Shown piece by piece: positions 7,851 to 16,391 of a stretch of DNA of 32,237 nt. Position 1 is the first letter of the stretch. Every line of letters begins with the position of its first letter. The notes below the pieces were generated by a model. That model saw only the letters and a program-made list of their open reading frames with translations. It made no database searches and was not told the DNA's origin. The position numbers and the translations under genes were made by a program. The stretch covers positions 1 to 32,237 of the forward strand of contig CBFGSI010000086.1 of NCBI GenBank assembly GCA_965651385.1, written 5' to 3'. Source of the stretch: an uncultured Archangiaceae bacterium. Lineage in GTDB: Bacteria; Myxococcota; Myxococcia; Myxococcales; Myxococcaceae.

Positions 7851-8614
7851 CGCCGGTAGTCGCGCGCCTTGTGGATGAAGATCTTGTAGAGGCCGCCGTG
7901 CACCGGGAGCGAGTTCAGCAGGTACTCCGGGTGCCACTGCACGCCCACCGCGAAGGCATGCGCGGAGGACTCAATGGCCTCGATGACGCCATCCGGTGAT
8001 ACGGCGCTCGTCAGCAACTGGTTGCCTGGCGTCTTCACCGCCTGGTGGTGCGTGGAGTTCACCATGAGCTGGCCCTTGCCCACCGCCTCGGACAGCAGCG
8101 AGCCCTCACGCACGTCCACCGGGTGTTGCGGCTGCGCCCGATCGTGCTTCTGCTCGTGCTCGCGGGCCTCGGGCATCTCGCGGCCGATGTCCTGGTACAG
8201 CGTGCCGCCCTGCACCACGTTGAGCAGTTGCATGCCTCCGCAGATGCCCAGCACCGGCATGTTGCGCTTGAGGGCCGCACGCATCAGCGCCGTCTCGAAG
8301 GCCGTTCGCCCCTCCTTCGTTACCCCCATGCCCTCTCGCGCCGTCTCGCCGTACGCCTGGGGCGGAATGTCGAAGGCTCCCCCGGTGATCACCACTCCGG
8401 AGACACGATCGAGATAGGCCTCTACGCAGGTGGGATCGTCCACATATGGCAGCACGAAGGGCAGCCCTCCGGCGCGAAGCACCGCCTCCGCGTACGTCAC
8501 CTTCAGCTCGTAGTGGGGGAACAGGACACTGGAGGTAGCCTCGGTCCAATCCGGAGTGATGGCGATGCTGGGCCGGCGCGGCGGCTGGCCGTGGTGTCTC
8601 AGAGGAGGTGTCAT
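7847..8614 (-). CDS. Class I glutamine amidotransferase-like protein, peptidase C26 / gamma-glutamyl-GABA hydrolase (PuuD) family
   Basis: GICGGMQLL (nucleophile elbow) and VGVQWHPEY (His) are C26/PuuD signatures. The ATG overlaps the thiE stop (ATGA), and its own stop overlaps the thiD GTG. It is embedded in a thiamine operon. Confidence 0.75.
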   Translation of the reverse strand: MTPPLRHHGQPPRRPSIAITPDWTEATSSVLFPHYELKVTYAEAVLRAGGLPFVLPYVDDPTCVEAYLDRVSGVVITGGAFDIPPQAYGETAREGMGVTKEGRTAFETALMRAALKRNMPVLGICGGMQLLNVVQGGTLYQDIGREMPEAREHEQKHDRAQPQHPVDVREGSLLSEAVGKGQLMVNSTHHQAVKTPGNQLLTSAVSPDGVIEAIESSAHAFAVGVQWHPEYLLNSLPVHGGLYKIFIHKARDYRR

Positions 8615-9288
8615 GGAGAGTGTGCGAGGCTAGCCCCCCGCTGGGCAGTATCAAAGGCGGCCCTCAGCCGCCGTACCTGCTCGGCAATGTCCTCGGCGAG
8701 CAGGGCATCGGAGACCACCGCGGCGCCGTGCGCCCCCGTGGCGGCCACCTGGGCGATGTTGGCCAGCCCCACCCCACCGATGCCCACCACCGGCAGCGGG
8801 CTCTCACGCACCACCGCGGCGAAGGCCTCGAGCCCGAGCACGGGAGCAGGCACTTGCTTCGTCCGGGTGCCAAAGACAGGCCCCAGCCCCACGTAGTCCG
8901 CCCCCGCCTCCTGGGCGGCCCTCGCACCCGCCGCATGACGCACGGTGACGCCCACCAGCCGCCCCGGTCCCAGCAGCTCGCGCGCCGCCGCCGGAGGCAG
9001 ATCCTCGTCTCCCACATGTACCCCGTCCGCCCCTGCCAGCAGCGCCAGATCGACCCGGTCGTTGAGCAGGCACACGGCGCCCACATGGCGGCAGGCGGCC
9101 ACCACCTCACGCGCGGCGGCCAGGGCCTCCCGGGGCGGCGTTCGCTTCATGCGCAGTTGGAGGATGCTCGCCCCACCGGCCAGCAGGTGCGCCGCCTTCT
9201 CTCCGAGCGGCAGCTCCGGGCGGACGGTATCGTCACAAAGGAGATAGAGCCCCCGGGGAAGGCCGGGGCGGGCAGGCGGCGTTGACAT
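8611..9288 (-). CDS. thiE: Thiamine-phosphate synthase ThiE
   Basis: LYLLCDD...ILQLRMK...VCLLNDRVDLALLAGADGVHVGDEDL...YVGLGPVFGTRTK...VVGIGGV are TMP-synthase motifs. Confidence 0.85.
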   Translation of the reverse strand: MSTPPARPGLPRGLYLLCDDTVRPELPLGEKAAHLLAGGASILQLRMKRTPPREALAAAREVVAACRHVGAVCLLNDRVDLALLAGADGVHVGDEDLPPAAARELLGPGRLVGVTVRHAAGARAAQEAGADYVGLGPVFGTRTKQVPAPVLGLEAFAAVVRESPLPVVGIGGVGLANIAQVAATGAHGAAVVSDALLAEDIAEQVRRLRAAFDTAQRGASLAHSP

Positions 9289-9347
9289 GCTGCACCTCTG
9301 CTATAAGGTGTCGCGCCCTTTTCACAAGAGATTCCGAGGATTTGACC

Positions 9348-9605
9348 ATGGCGGACACGCTGGACCCGAAGCACCTCGACAAGCGCACGGCCGAGCGCTA
9401 CCTGCGCACCGGCCAGCTCGATGAGAAGGCGTTCGAGCGCCACATCAAGAGCCTGCCGGATGTGAGCGAGAAGGCCGTCCCCGTAGAGACGCTCATGGAT
9501 GACGAGGGCTTCCTGGCCGACGAGGCTGAGGACGAGGAAGAGGAGGACCTCGATGAAGGTGAGGAGGAGGCGGCGGACGCAGCCGAGGATCCCCAGGCCC
9601 CATGA
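9348..9605 (+). CDS. Small acidic hypothetical protein (85 aa; Asp/Glu-rich C-terminal tail)
   Basis: The ATG is preceded by GAGGA. MADTLDPKHLDKRTAERYLRTGQLDEKAFERHIKSLPDVSEKAVPVETLMDDEGFLADEAEDEEEEDLDEGEEEAADAAEDPQAP. It overlaps the next gene by ATGA. Confidence 0.5.
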   Translation: MADTLDPKHLDKRTAERYLRTGQLDEKAFERHIKSLPDVSEKAVPVETLMDDEGFLADEAEDEEEEDLDEGEEEAADAAEDPQAP

Positions 9606-9913
9606 CGGACGAAAAGCGAGGCGAGACCTTCGTGATGCGGGGTGAGGCGCGCCCCGCGGGCCAGGACAGCCCCATCGCGTTCACGCCCTTCATCATCGGG
9701 CTGGCCTCTACCGCGCTCATCCACCTGGGGGAGACGGCCAACCCGGAGACGGGCCGCACCGAGCGCAACCTGGAGCTGGCCCGCGAGAGCCTCGACCTGC
9801 TGTCAATGCTGCGCGAGAAGACACGCGGCAACCTCACCGAGGAGGAGGATCGGCTCTTCAATACCCTCCTCACGGATTTGCGCCTGCGCTACGTCGAGGC
9901 GAGCAAGCGGTGA
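9602..9913 (+). CDS. DUF1844-like hypothetical protein
   Basis: 103 aa with FTPFIIGLASTALIHLGETANPETG...LELARESLDLLSMLREKTRGNLTEEEDRLFNTLLTDLRLRY, which resembles the DUF1844 family. It is translationally coupled on both sides (ATGA, GTGA). Confidence 0.55.
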   Translation: MTDEKRGETFVMRGEARPAGQDSPIAFTPFIIGLASTALIHLGETANPETGRTERNLELARESLDLLSMLREKTRGNLTEEEDRLFNTLLTDLRLRYVEASKR

Positions 9914-10548
9914 GCGAGCCCACCCCCCAGCCCTCTGGGCTGCCTCGCAACATCAGCGTGGCCGCAGTGCTGTGCCTCATCCTCTCCGGCATCACGGGTA
10001 TGGCCTCCGCCATGGAGGCCGCCAACCTGGCGCGCCTCTCCGAGCTTCAGGAGGAGCCCCCACCGCGCGCGGCCGTATTCGGGGATCCCGCCATCGTCGA
10101 GCGCGTCTTCAAGGCCCAGCTCGCCGCCCTGGAGCCCATGCGAGAGCCGCGCGCCCTCATCCTGGGCTCGCTGGCGGTGGCGTGCGCCCTGGCCTTCGTC
10201 GCCGCTGGTCGGCTGCTGCGCCCCGGGGGGCTGCCACGCGAGGGCATGCGCCGGCTGCTGGGCGGGGCCGCCATCTTCGCCGCGATCCTGCGTACCCTGG
10301 ACGGGGCTCAGTGGATGGTCGTCGTCAGGCGCGCCAGCGCCGTCATGGCCGAGGCCATGAGCGCGCTGCCCGAATTCCAGGAGGCCGCCACGCCCGAGCA
10401 GTTGAAGAGCACCGTGTCCTTCCTGCTCTCGGCGGCCACCGTGGCGCAGACGGCCTTCGTGGCTGGGGCCTTCGTCCTGCTCGGCCAGTACTTCCGCAGC
10501 GAGAGCGTCCGTCAGGCCGTCACTGCCCAGGACGGGCCCGCCGAGTAG
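9910..10548 (+). CDS. Hypothetical membrane protein (212 aa, about 4 TM segments)
   Basis: A GTG start overlaps the previous stop. Hydrophobic segments are AAVLCLILSGITGMA, ALILGSLAVACALAFVAAG, LLGGAAIFAAIL and FLLSAATVAQTAFVAGAFVLLG. GC3 is high. Confidence 0.5.
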   Translation: MSEPTPQPSGLPRNISVAAVLCLILSGITGMASAMEAANLARLSELQEEPPPRAAVFGDPAIVERVFKAQLAALEPMREPRALILGSLAVACALAFVAAGRLLRPGGLPREGMRRLLGGAAIFAAILRTLDGAQWMVVVRRASAVMAEAMSALPEFQEAATPEQLKSTVSFLLSAATVAQTAFVAGAFVLLGQYFRSESVRQAVTAQDGPAE

Positions 10549-10647
10549 CACCGCTGGGTCGATCCCGGGCCCCGGTAGCGGGCGCTCTCTCCCGCGCTCG
10601 CTGCTGGTGCCATGGCTCGGTGCCAGCTTCCGGCACAGGAGGAAGCA

Positions 10648-10967
10648 CCATGGCCACTGCCTCGACCCTGCGCTCGTCCGCCGTCCGTAACAAGACGATG
10701 TGGGCCTTCATCATCGGCTTCGCTATCGCCCTCGTGGCGCTCATCATCGGGCTGGCCCTTCCCTCGATCCCCTGGCTGGCGCTGGGTGGCTGGATCGCCA
10801 CCAGCCTCATCGTGCTGCTGGTCGATCGGGCGGTGGGAGAGAAGACGCCCCGCCCTGGCCACCCAGAGGAGAGTTTCGGCGCCATCTTCCATGCGAGCGG
10901 ACCCGCGCTGGGCATCATCGCCGCGCTGGCTGTGGGCGCCTTCTTGATCGCCCTGTTCGTCCGCTGA
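10648..10967 (+). CDS. Small membrane protein (106 aa, 3 TM helices)
   Basis: AGGAGG lies 7 nt upstream of the ATG. The sequence is MATASTLRSSAVRNKTMWAFIIGFAIALVALIIGLALPSIPWLALGGWIATSLIVLLVD...ALGIIAALAVGAFLIALFVR. It sits in the same frame as the long noisy track ORF 9642..10967. The competing 10612..10947 ORF is rejected. Confidence 0.5.
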
Positions 10968-10971
10968 GCCC

Positions 10972-11511
10972 TCAGGCCGCGTCCGGTGCGGCGCGCGAGA
11001 GCTGGGGGCTGGGCAACAGCGCCTCCAGGCGCTCCTCCGCGTCCAGGGCATCCAGCGGCAGCACCAGACTCGTGGAGGCGCGGGGCAGCGCCAGGAGCTG
11101 CTCCCGCGTCAGCCCGAAGACGTAGGCCAGATGCCCCAGCGGCCAGCGCGAGCGCATGCGCGTGAACGCCGCCTCGTCCATCTCCTCGGGCCGGCCTGGC
11201 AGTTCCACCTGGTCGTACACCACGTGCTCCCCGCCGACCCCATGCCCGTTGCCGTAGGCGAAGACGGCCTCGCCTTCGAGCGGATCGTAGACGTAGGCGT
11301 GCACCGTGGCGTTGGCGGCCCGAGACAGCAGGCGCGGCAGCGCATGGTGCTCGCCATACCATCGAGCGCCCTGGCGCCTCGAGGGAGAGAGCCCCTCATA
11401 CGCCAGTCGTACCACCTTGCGCCGCCGATGCACGGAGACGTGAAGTCCTGGCAGACGGCCAGCAGCCTCGTCGAGCGCCAGCGCTTCACGCGCCAGTCGG
11501 ACGAGCCCCAA
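10972..11511 (-). CDS. Hypothetical protein (about 179 aa), convergent with the upstream membrane-protein cluster
   Basis: Very high GC3 on the minus strand (e.g. YVYDPLEGEAVFAYGNGHGVGGEH uses GC-ending codons almost exclusively). No recognisable family. Start uncertain. Confidence 0.4.
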   Translation of the reverse strand: MGLVRLAREALALDEAAGRLPGLHVSVHRRRKVVRLAYEGLSPSRRQGARWYGEHHALPRLLSRAANATVHAYVYDPLEGEAVFAYGNGHGVGGEHVVYDQVELPGRPEEMDEAAFTRMRSRWPLGHLAYVFGLTREQLLALPRASTSLVLPLDALDAEERLEALLPSPQLSRAAPDAA

Positions 11512-11720
11512 CCCCAGGAATGATTCGAGCCGAACGAGGTAACCGCCGTGCGCTTCCAGAGTCCATCCCCCCGAGAAAGGCGCGCGGCGTATAGCTGGGC
11601 TCTCCTTTTATGGCAACCCTCCAAACCTGACAGACCTGCAATTACTAGCAGCTCGAAGTATTCCGCCCGTTTTGTACATGGCGTGCTTGCCAAGGGGGGC
11701 TGGGCTCTTACGTTGCGTGC

Positions 11721-14345
11721 ATGAGACTCGACAAGTTCACGGTGAAGGCGCAGGAGGCGATCCAGGAGGGCCAGTCGCTGGCTCGCCGGGCCGACAACCC
11801 CAACTACGAGCCAGAGCACCTGGCCGCGGCGCTGCTGGGTCAGAAGGACGGCATCGTGGAGCCGATCCTTCGGAAGATCGGAGCGGACACGAAGCTGTTC
11901 GCGGCGCGGCTGGGAGAGGCGCTGCAGAAGCTGCCGCGCATGCAGGGGGGCGAGAGCGCCATGCTCAGCCAACGCCTGCTGAAGACGTTCGACAAGGCCG
12001 AGGACGAGGCCAAGGGGCTCAAGGACGAGTTCGTCTCCTCCGAGCATCTGTTGCTGGCGCTGTGCCATGACAAGGGCGCGGTGGGCGAGGTGCTCAAATC
12101 CTCGGGCGTGACGCGCGATCGGGTGCTGTCGGGCATCAAGGACGTGCGCGGCTCGGCGCGCGTCACCAGCCAGGACGCGGAGGCCACCTACCGCGCGCTG
12201 GAGAAGTACGGCCGGGATCTGACGGAGTCGGCGCGCTCGGGCAAGCTGGATCCCGTCATTGGCCGGGACGAGGAGATCCGCCGCTGCGTCCAGGTGCTCA
12301 GCCGGCGCACGAAGAACAACCCGGTGCTCATCGGCGAGCCGGGCGTGGGCAAGACGGCGATCGCCGAGGGGCTGGCGCGGCGCATCGTAGATGGGGACGT
12401 GCCCGAGAGCCTGAAGAACAAGCGGCTCATCGCCCTGGATCTGGGGGCGATGGTGGCCGGCGCCAAGTATCGCGGCGAGTTCGAGGAGCGGCTCAAGGCG
12501 GTGCTCAAGGAGATCGCGGACTCGGCCGGCGAGGTCATCCTGTTCATCGACGAGATGCACACGCTCGTGGGCGCGGGCAAGGCCGAGGGGGCCATGGACG
12601 CGGGCAACATGCTCAAGCCGGCGCTGGCGCGCGGCGAGCTGCACTGCATCGGCGCGACGACGCTGGATGAGTACCGCAAGCACATCGAGAAGGACGCGGC
12701 GCTGGAGCGGCGCTTCCAGCCGGTGATGGTGGGCGAGCCCAGCGTGCACGACACGATCAGCATCCTGCGAGGCCTGAAGGAGCGCTACGAGGTGCACCAC
12801 GGCGTGCGCATCCAGGACAACGCCCTGGTGGCCGCGGCCACGCTCTCCCACCGCTACATCGCCGACCGGTTCCTGCCGGACAAGGCGATCGATCTGGTGG
12901 ATGAGGCCTCCAGCCGGCTGCGCATCGAGATCGACTCGATGCCCACCGAGATCGACGACGTGCGCCGGAAGATGACGCAGTTGGAGATCGAGCGCGAGGG
13001 GCTGAAGAAGGAGACGGATCCGCACTCGAAGGAGCGCCTGGGCCAGATCGAGAGGGAGCTGGCGGACCTCAGGGAGCGCTTCACCTCGCTCAAGGCGCAC
13101 TGGGACGCGGAGAAGGAGGCCATCACCGCCATCCGCTCGCTGAAGGAGAAGCTGGAGAAGGCGAAGAACGATCAGGCGGCGGCCGAGCGTCAGGGCGACC
13201 TGAACCGGGCGGCGGAGTTGAAGTTCGGCGTGCTCCCCTCGCTGGAGAAGGAGCTGGCGGGGCACAACGCGAAGCTGGCCGAGCTGCAGAAGAGCCAGAA
13301 GTTCCTCAAGGAGGAGGTGGACGCGGAGGACATCGCCCAGGTGGTGGCCAAGTGGACGGGCATCCCCGTGTCCAAGCTGATGGAGGGTGAGGTCCAGAAG
13401 CTGGTGAAGATGGAGGAGCGGCTGGCCGAGCGGGTGATCGGGCAGCGCAGCCCGATCGAGGCGGTGTCCAACGCGGTGCGCCGGGCGCGCAGCGGGTTGC
13501 AGGATCCGAACCGGCCCATCGGCTCGTTCATCTTCCTGGGCCCCACGGGCGTGGGCAAGACGGAGACGGCCAAGGCGCTGGCCGAGTTCCTGTTCGATGA
13601 CGACAGCGCGATGATCCGCATCGACATGTCGGAGTACATGGAGAAGCACTCGGTGGCGCGGCTGGTAGGCGCACCTCCGGGGTACGTGGGCTACGAGGAG
13701 GGCGGGCAGCTCACGGAGGCGGTGCGGCGGCGGCCGTACTCGGTGATCCTGTTCGACGAGATCGAGAAGGCGCACCACGACGTGTTCAACATCCTGCTGC
13801 AGATCCTGGACGAGGGCCGGCTGACAGACAGCCAGGGGCGCACGGTGGACTTCAAGAACACAGTGCTGATCCTCACGTCGAACATCGGCTCGCAGGCGCT
13901 GCAGGAGGGGATGGCCGGCAAGGAGACGCTGGACGAGGGCACGCGCAATGAGGTGATGGAGGCGCTGCGGGGACACTTCCGGCCGGAGTTCCTCAACCGG
14001 GTGGATGAGATCGTCCTGTTCGAGCCGCTGAAGAAGACGGAGATCCACCGGATCGTGGATCTGCAACTGAAGCGCCTGCAGAAGCTGCTGGCGGAGAAGC
14101 GGCTGACGCTGGAGCTGACGGACAAGGCGCGCAACCTCCTGGCGGAGCGCGGGTACGATCCGACGTACGGGGCTCGGCCATTGAAGCGGGCGATGCAGAA
14201 GTTCGTGATGGATCCGCTGGCGCTGAAGGTGCTGGGGGGCGAGTTCACGCCAGGGGACCACATCCAGGCGGACGCGACGGCGGAGGGGCTGACGTTCGGG
14301 AAGGTGCTGGTGGACAACTCGCGGTCAGAGAAGAAGTCAGCCTGA
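11721..14345 (+). CDS. clpB: Chaperone ClpB (Hsp100 disaggregase)
   Basis: 874 aa with two AAA+ modules (GEPGVGKT and GPTGVGKT Walker A) and a long M-domain coiled coil between them. The characteristic N-terminus is [23 protein letters not shown]. Confidence 0.95.
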   Translation: MRLDKFTVKAQEAIQEGQSLARRADNPNYEPEHLAAALLGQKDGIVEPILRKIGADTKLFAARLGEALQKLPRMQGGESAMLSQRLLKTFDKAEDEAKGLKDEFVSSEHLLLALCHDKGAVGEVLKSSGVTRDRVLSGIKDVRGSARVTSQDAEATYRALEKYGRDLTESARSGKLDPVIGRDEEIRRCVQVLSRRTKNNPVLIGEPGVGKTAIAEGLARRIVDGDVPESLKNKRLIALDLGAMVAGAKYRGEFEERLKAVLKEIADSAGEVILFIDEMHTLVGAGKAEGAMDAGNMLKPALARGELHCIGATTLDEYRKHIEKDAALERRFQPVMVGEPSVHDTISILRGLKERYEVHHGVRIQDNALVAAATLSHRYIADRFLPDKAIDLVDEASSRLRIEIDSMPTEIDDVRRKMTQLEIEREGLKKETDPHSKERLGQIERELADLRERFTSLKAHWDAEKEAITAIRSLKEKLEKAKNDQAAAERQGDLNRAAELKFGVLPSLEKELAGHNAKLAELQKSQKFLKEEVDAEDIAQVVAKWTGIPVSKLMEGEVQKLVKMEERLAERVIGQRSPIEAVSNAVRRARSGLQDPNRPIGSFIFLGPTGVGKTETAKALAEFLFDDDSAMIRIDMSEYMEKHSVARLVGAPPGYVGYEEGGQLTEAVRRRPYSVILFDEIEKAHHDVFNILLQILDEGRLTDSQGRTVDFKNTVLILTSNIGSQALQEGMAGKETLDEGTRNEVMEALRGHFRPEFLNRVDEIVLFEPLKKTEIHRIVDLQLKRLQKLLAEKRLTLELTDKARNLLAERGYDPTYGARPLKRAMQKFVMDPLALKVLGGEFTPGDHIQADATAEGLTFGKVLVDNSRSEKKSA

Positions 14346-15716
14346 CCCGGCCCCGGAATCCTTCGGGGCCGCCCCCTCTCCTCGCAGCTCCAGCCGGCTG
14401 CGGATGTACGCCAGGTGCAGGCGCAGGCTGTAGAACTCATCCATATAACTCAGCGGCACCTTCACGCCGCCCAGCTCATGCTCGAGCTGCTCGAGGAGCT
14501 CGAGATCCTGCCTCACCTGCTCGGAGGCAGGCGTGCCACGCAGGCGCTCGTCGATCTCGCGCAGCCGCGCATACCAGCGATAGATGCGCGAGCGGATGCT
14601 CCAGCGATACAGCGGCGGAGTGAGCCGCAGCAGCGGCAGGAGCACGACAAACAGAGGGATGAGCAGGATGATGAAGCGGTTGATGAGGGCGGCGAGCCAG
14701 AAGGGCAGGATACGCCGCAGGAAGTTGGGGCCGTGCGTGAGGTAGTACCGGGCCTGATCGCTGACGGGCAGCTCCGTGAGGCTGGCCTTGGGAAAGGTCC
14801 CTGGCTCGCTGAGCAGATCGCCGCTTCGGTGGACCTCCACGGCCGCCTCGGCCAGCAGCACGATCACGGCCGGGTGCAGGCCCTTGCGCGTCACCAGGAC
14901 CGCCGCGGGCGCGACCATCTGCACATCCTGCCGAGGCAGGTCTCGCGCCAGATCCAACGAGCCACGGTACAGGGTGACGGGCGACAGGTAGCGGAACCTG
15001 CGGGCATAGGCCTGGACCTGCTCGAGGCTCATGAGCCGCACGCCCGGCGTGGCCAGCAGGTCGACGAGGTCCGGGGCAGTGGGCGCCATGACGAAGATGG
15101 CCGCGTCGATCGAGCCCTCCCGCAGCGCCGCGGCAGCCTGGGCTCCTCCCAGATCCAGGAGCGCGGTGCCGTGCTCCTCACCGAGCGCGCCGCTGGCGTT
15201 CAGCAACTCCATGGCCAGGGCCCGCGCGCCGCTGCCCTCGGGGCCGATCGCGATGCGCCGCCCCCCGAGCTGTCCAAGCAGGCCCAGCTCCTGCTCTCCC
15301 CGGTAGAAGACCCACATGGGCTCCAGGTACAGGCTGGCCACCGCGGCCAGCGCCTTGCGCTGCTTCTCCTCCGTGGGCGCGGTGCCCCCTTGCACGATGG
15401 CGGCTTCGACCAGGGAGTCATCGGCCCCCAGCAGCGCATAGTTCTCGATGGAGCCAGCCGTCTCTCGAACGACGAGCTCGATCCCCGCCTCCCGGAAGTG
15501 CTCGGCGTACTGACGCGCCGCTGCGTGGTACGCGCCGCTCGCCGAGCCAGTGGCGATGACGATCCTCTCCGGAGGCGCCGGCTCGATGAACTGCCACGTC
15601 ACGGCCAGAGCCGCGGCCACCACGACGGCCACCACGGCGGCCAGGCGCCATCTCTCCAGGCGCGATGCCCATGAATGAGAATCCACTGCCACACAGGGTG
15701 CGGGGGGCTGACACAT
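14337..15716 (-). CDS. TAXI-family TRAP-type solute-binding protein fused to a C-terminal transmembrane/coiled region (orphan, no DctQM nearby)
   Basis: [47 protein letters not shown] matches the TAXI (COG2358-like) periplasmic binding fold. The C-terminal ~120 aa carry hydrophobic helices ([28 protein letters not shown]) and a charged helical tail. The N-terminus has a TM/signal-anchor ([19 protein letters not shown]). Its 3' end overlaps the clpB 3' end by 9 nt. Start uncertain. Confidence 0.65.
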   Translation of the reverse strand: MCQPPAPCVAVDSHSWASRLERWRLAAVVAVVVAAALAVTWQFIEPAPPERIVIATGSASGAYHAAARQYAEHFREAGIELVVRETAGSIENYALLGADDSLVEAAIVQGGTAPTEEKQRKALAAVASLYLEPMWVFYRGEQELGLLGQLGGRRIAIGPEGSGARALAMELLNASGALGEEHGTALLDLGGAQAAAALREGSIDAAIFVMAPTAPDLVDLLATPGVRLMSLEQVQAYARRFRYLSPVTLYRGSLDLARDLPRQDVQMVAPAAVLVTRKGLHPAVIVLLAEAAVEVHRSGDLLSEPGTFPKASLTELPVSDQARYYLTHGPNFLRRILPFWLAALINRFIILLIPLFVVLLPLLRLTPPLYRWSIRSRIYRWYARLREIDERLRGTPASEQVRQDLELLEQLEHELGGVKVPLSYMDEFYSLRLHLAYIRSRLELRGEGAAPKDSGAGSG

Positions 15717-15781
15717 CCGTCAAGCGTTCCTGAGAGGCCGCCGCAGGATCGAGGCCGATCCAACAGAGCGCGCCGCGCTCC

Positions 15782-16201
15782 TCAGGGGACGAGCCGCAGG
15801 AGCTGCTCCACCTGCTCCCGCACCTCGCCCAGGAGTAACGGATCACTCACCGCGATGAACACCGTGTCATCCCCGGCGATGGTGCCAGCGACTCCGCTCA
15901 AGTGCGGCGCGCGATCCACCATCACCCCCACGATGGACGCGTAGCCAGGTGCCGTCTTGAGCACCAGCATGTTGGGCGGAGCCTCCACCACCTTCACGCC
16001 CCGGGCCTCGGGCGCCATGGGCTCGACGCGCTGGTAGCGCCCCCCCACCTTCTGGATCGACAGGCGCTTGAGGTGCCGCGAGAGCGTGGACTGGCTCGGC
16101 GCATGGCCCTCGGCTTCCAGCAGCCGCTGGAGCGCCGCCTGATCGCTGATCTCTTGTGCCTCCAGCAACCGGAGGATCGCTTCGTCCAGCCCCATGGCCA
16201 T
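15782..16201 (-). CDS. argR: Arginine repressor ArgR
   Basis: LDEAILRLLEAQEISDQAALQRLLEAEGHAPSQSTLSRHLKRLSIQKV (winged-helix DNA-binding domain, AhrC/ArgR-like) plus a C-terminal arginine-binding oligomerisation domain (GTIAGDDTVFIAV...). Candidate starts are ATG 16201/16195 (MAMGLDE...) or an upstream TTG (16237) or ATG (16213). The 5' end lies inside the ARG-box cluster. Confidence 0.85.
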   Translation of the reverse strand: MAMGLDEAILRLLEAQEISDQAALQRLLEAEGHAPSQSTLSRHLKRLSIQKVGGRYQRVEPMAPEARGVKVVEAPPNMLVLKTAPGYASIVGVMVDRAPHLSGVAGTIAGDDTVFIAVSDPLLLGEVREQVEQLLRLVP

Positions 16202-16211
16202 GCCCGGAACC

Positions 16212-16356
16212 ATGCATGCGCCTGCATATGCATGCAAGCGGACCGTGAAAAATCCCGCGGGAAATCACGGAAATTTTGAGTATTGCGCTGCGCGTCGAAA
16301 TGCATATTATGCGCCCCCTCTCCGGGAGCACTGCATATTCATGCATGAATATGCAT
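16212..16356. promoter_or_regulatory. Cluster of ARG-box-like AT-rich palindromes in the argR / arg-operon divergent control region
   Basis: Three TGCAT/ATGCA-based palindromic sites sit in an otherwise 70% GC context: ATGCATGCGCCTGCATATGCATGCA (about 16212-16236), ATGCATATTATGC (about 16300-16312), and a perfect 24-bp palindrome TGCATATTCATGCATGAATATGCA (16332-16355) containing ATTCA..TGAAT half-sites. They lie about 35 bp upstream of the argF' start and overlap the argR 5' end. Confidence 0.6.
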
Positions 16357-16391
16357 CCGCGACCGGGCCTCCGCACCGAGAGGAACGCACC

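Noticed and set aside
9289-9347. Possible TPP riboswitch upstream of thiE (minus strand)
   Set aside because: Only about 60 nt are available before the divergent gene. No CUGAGA/GGGG-type TPP aptamer motifs are visible. Left as absent pending a covariance-model scan.
10612-10947. 111-aa ORF (MARCQLPAQEE...) overlapping the small membrane protein in another frame
   Set aside because: It is Ser/Pro/Arg/Trp-rich with no structure. The competing frame (10648..10967) has a strong AGGAGG SD and three clean TM helices.
11560-11720. Heat-shock (sigma32 or CIRCE) promoter upstream of clpB
   Set aside because: No convincing CTTGAAA-N-CCCCATNT or TTAGCACTC-N9-GAGTGCTAA match could be read by eye. The region is relatively AT-richer (GCAATTACTAGCAGCTCGAAGTATT) but no specific call could be supported.
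11109-14261. 1050-aa minus-strand ORF opposite clpB
   Set aside because: This antisense artefact covers the clpB coding region. Its product is Leu/Arg/Gln-rich with no motifs. ClpB on the + strand is unequivocal.
15717-15781. GAGCGCG-C-CGCGCTC palindrome between argR stop and the TAXI gene start, as a possible argR terminator
   Set aside because: A short GC hairpin without a U-tract. Such palindromes occur by chance at this GC content, so not called.
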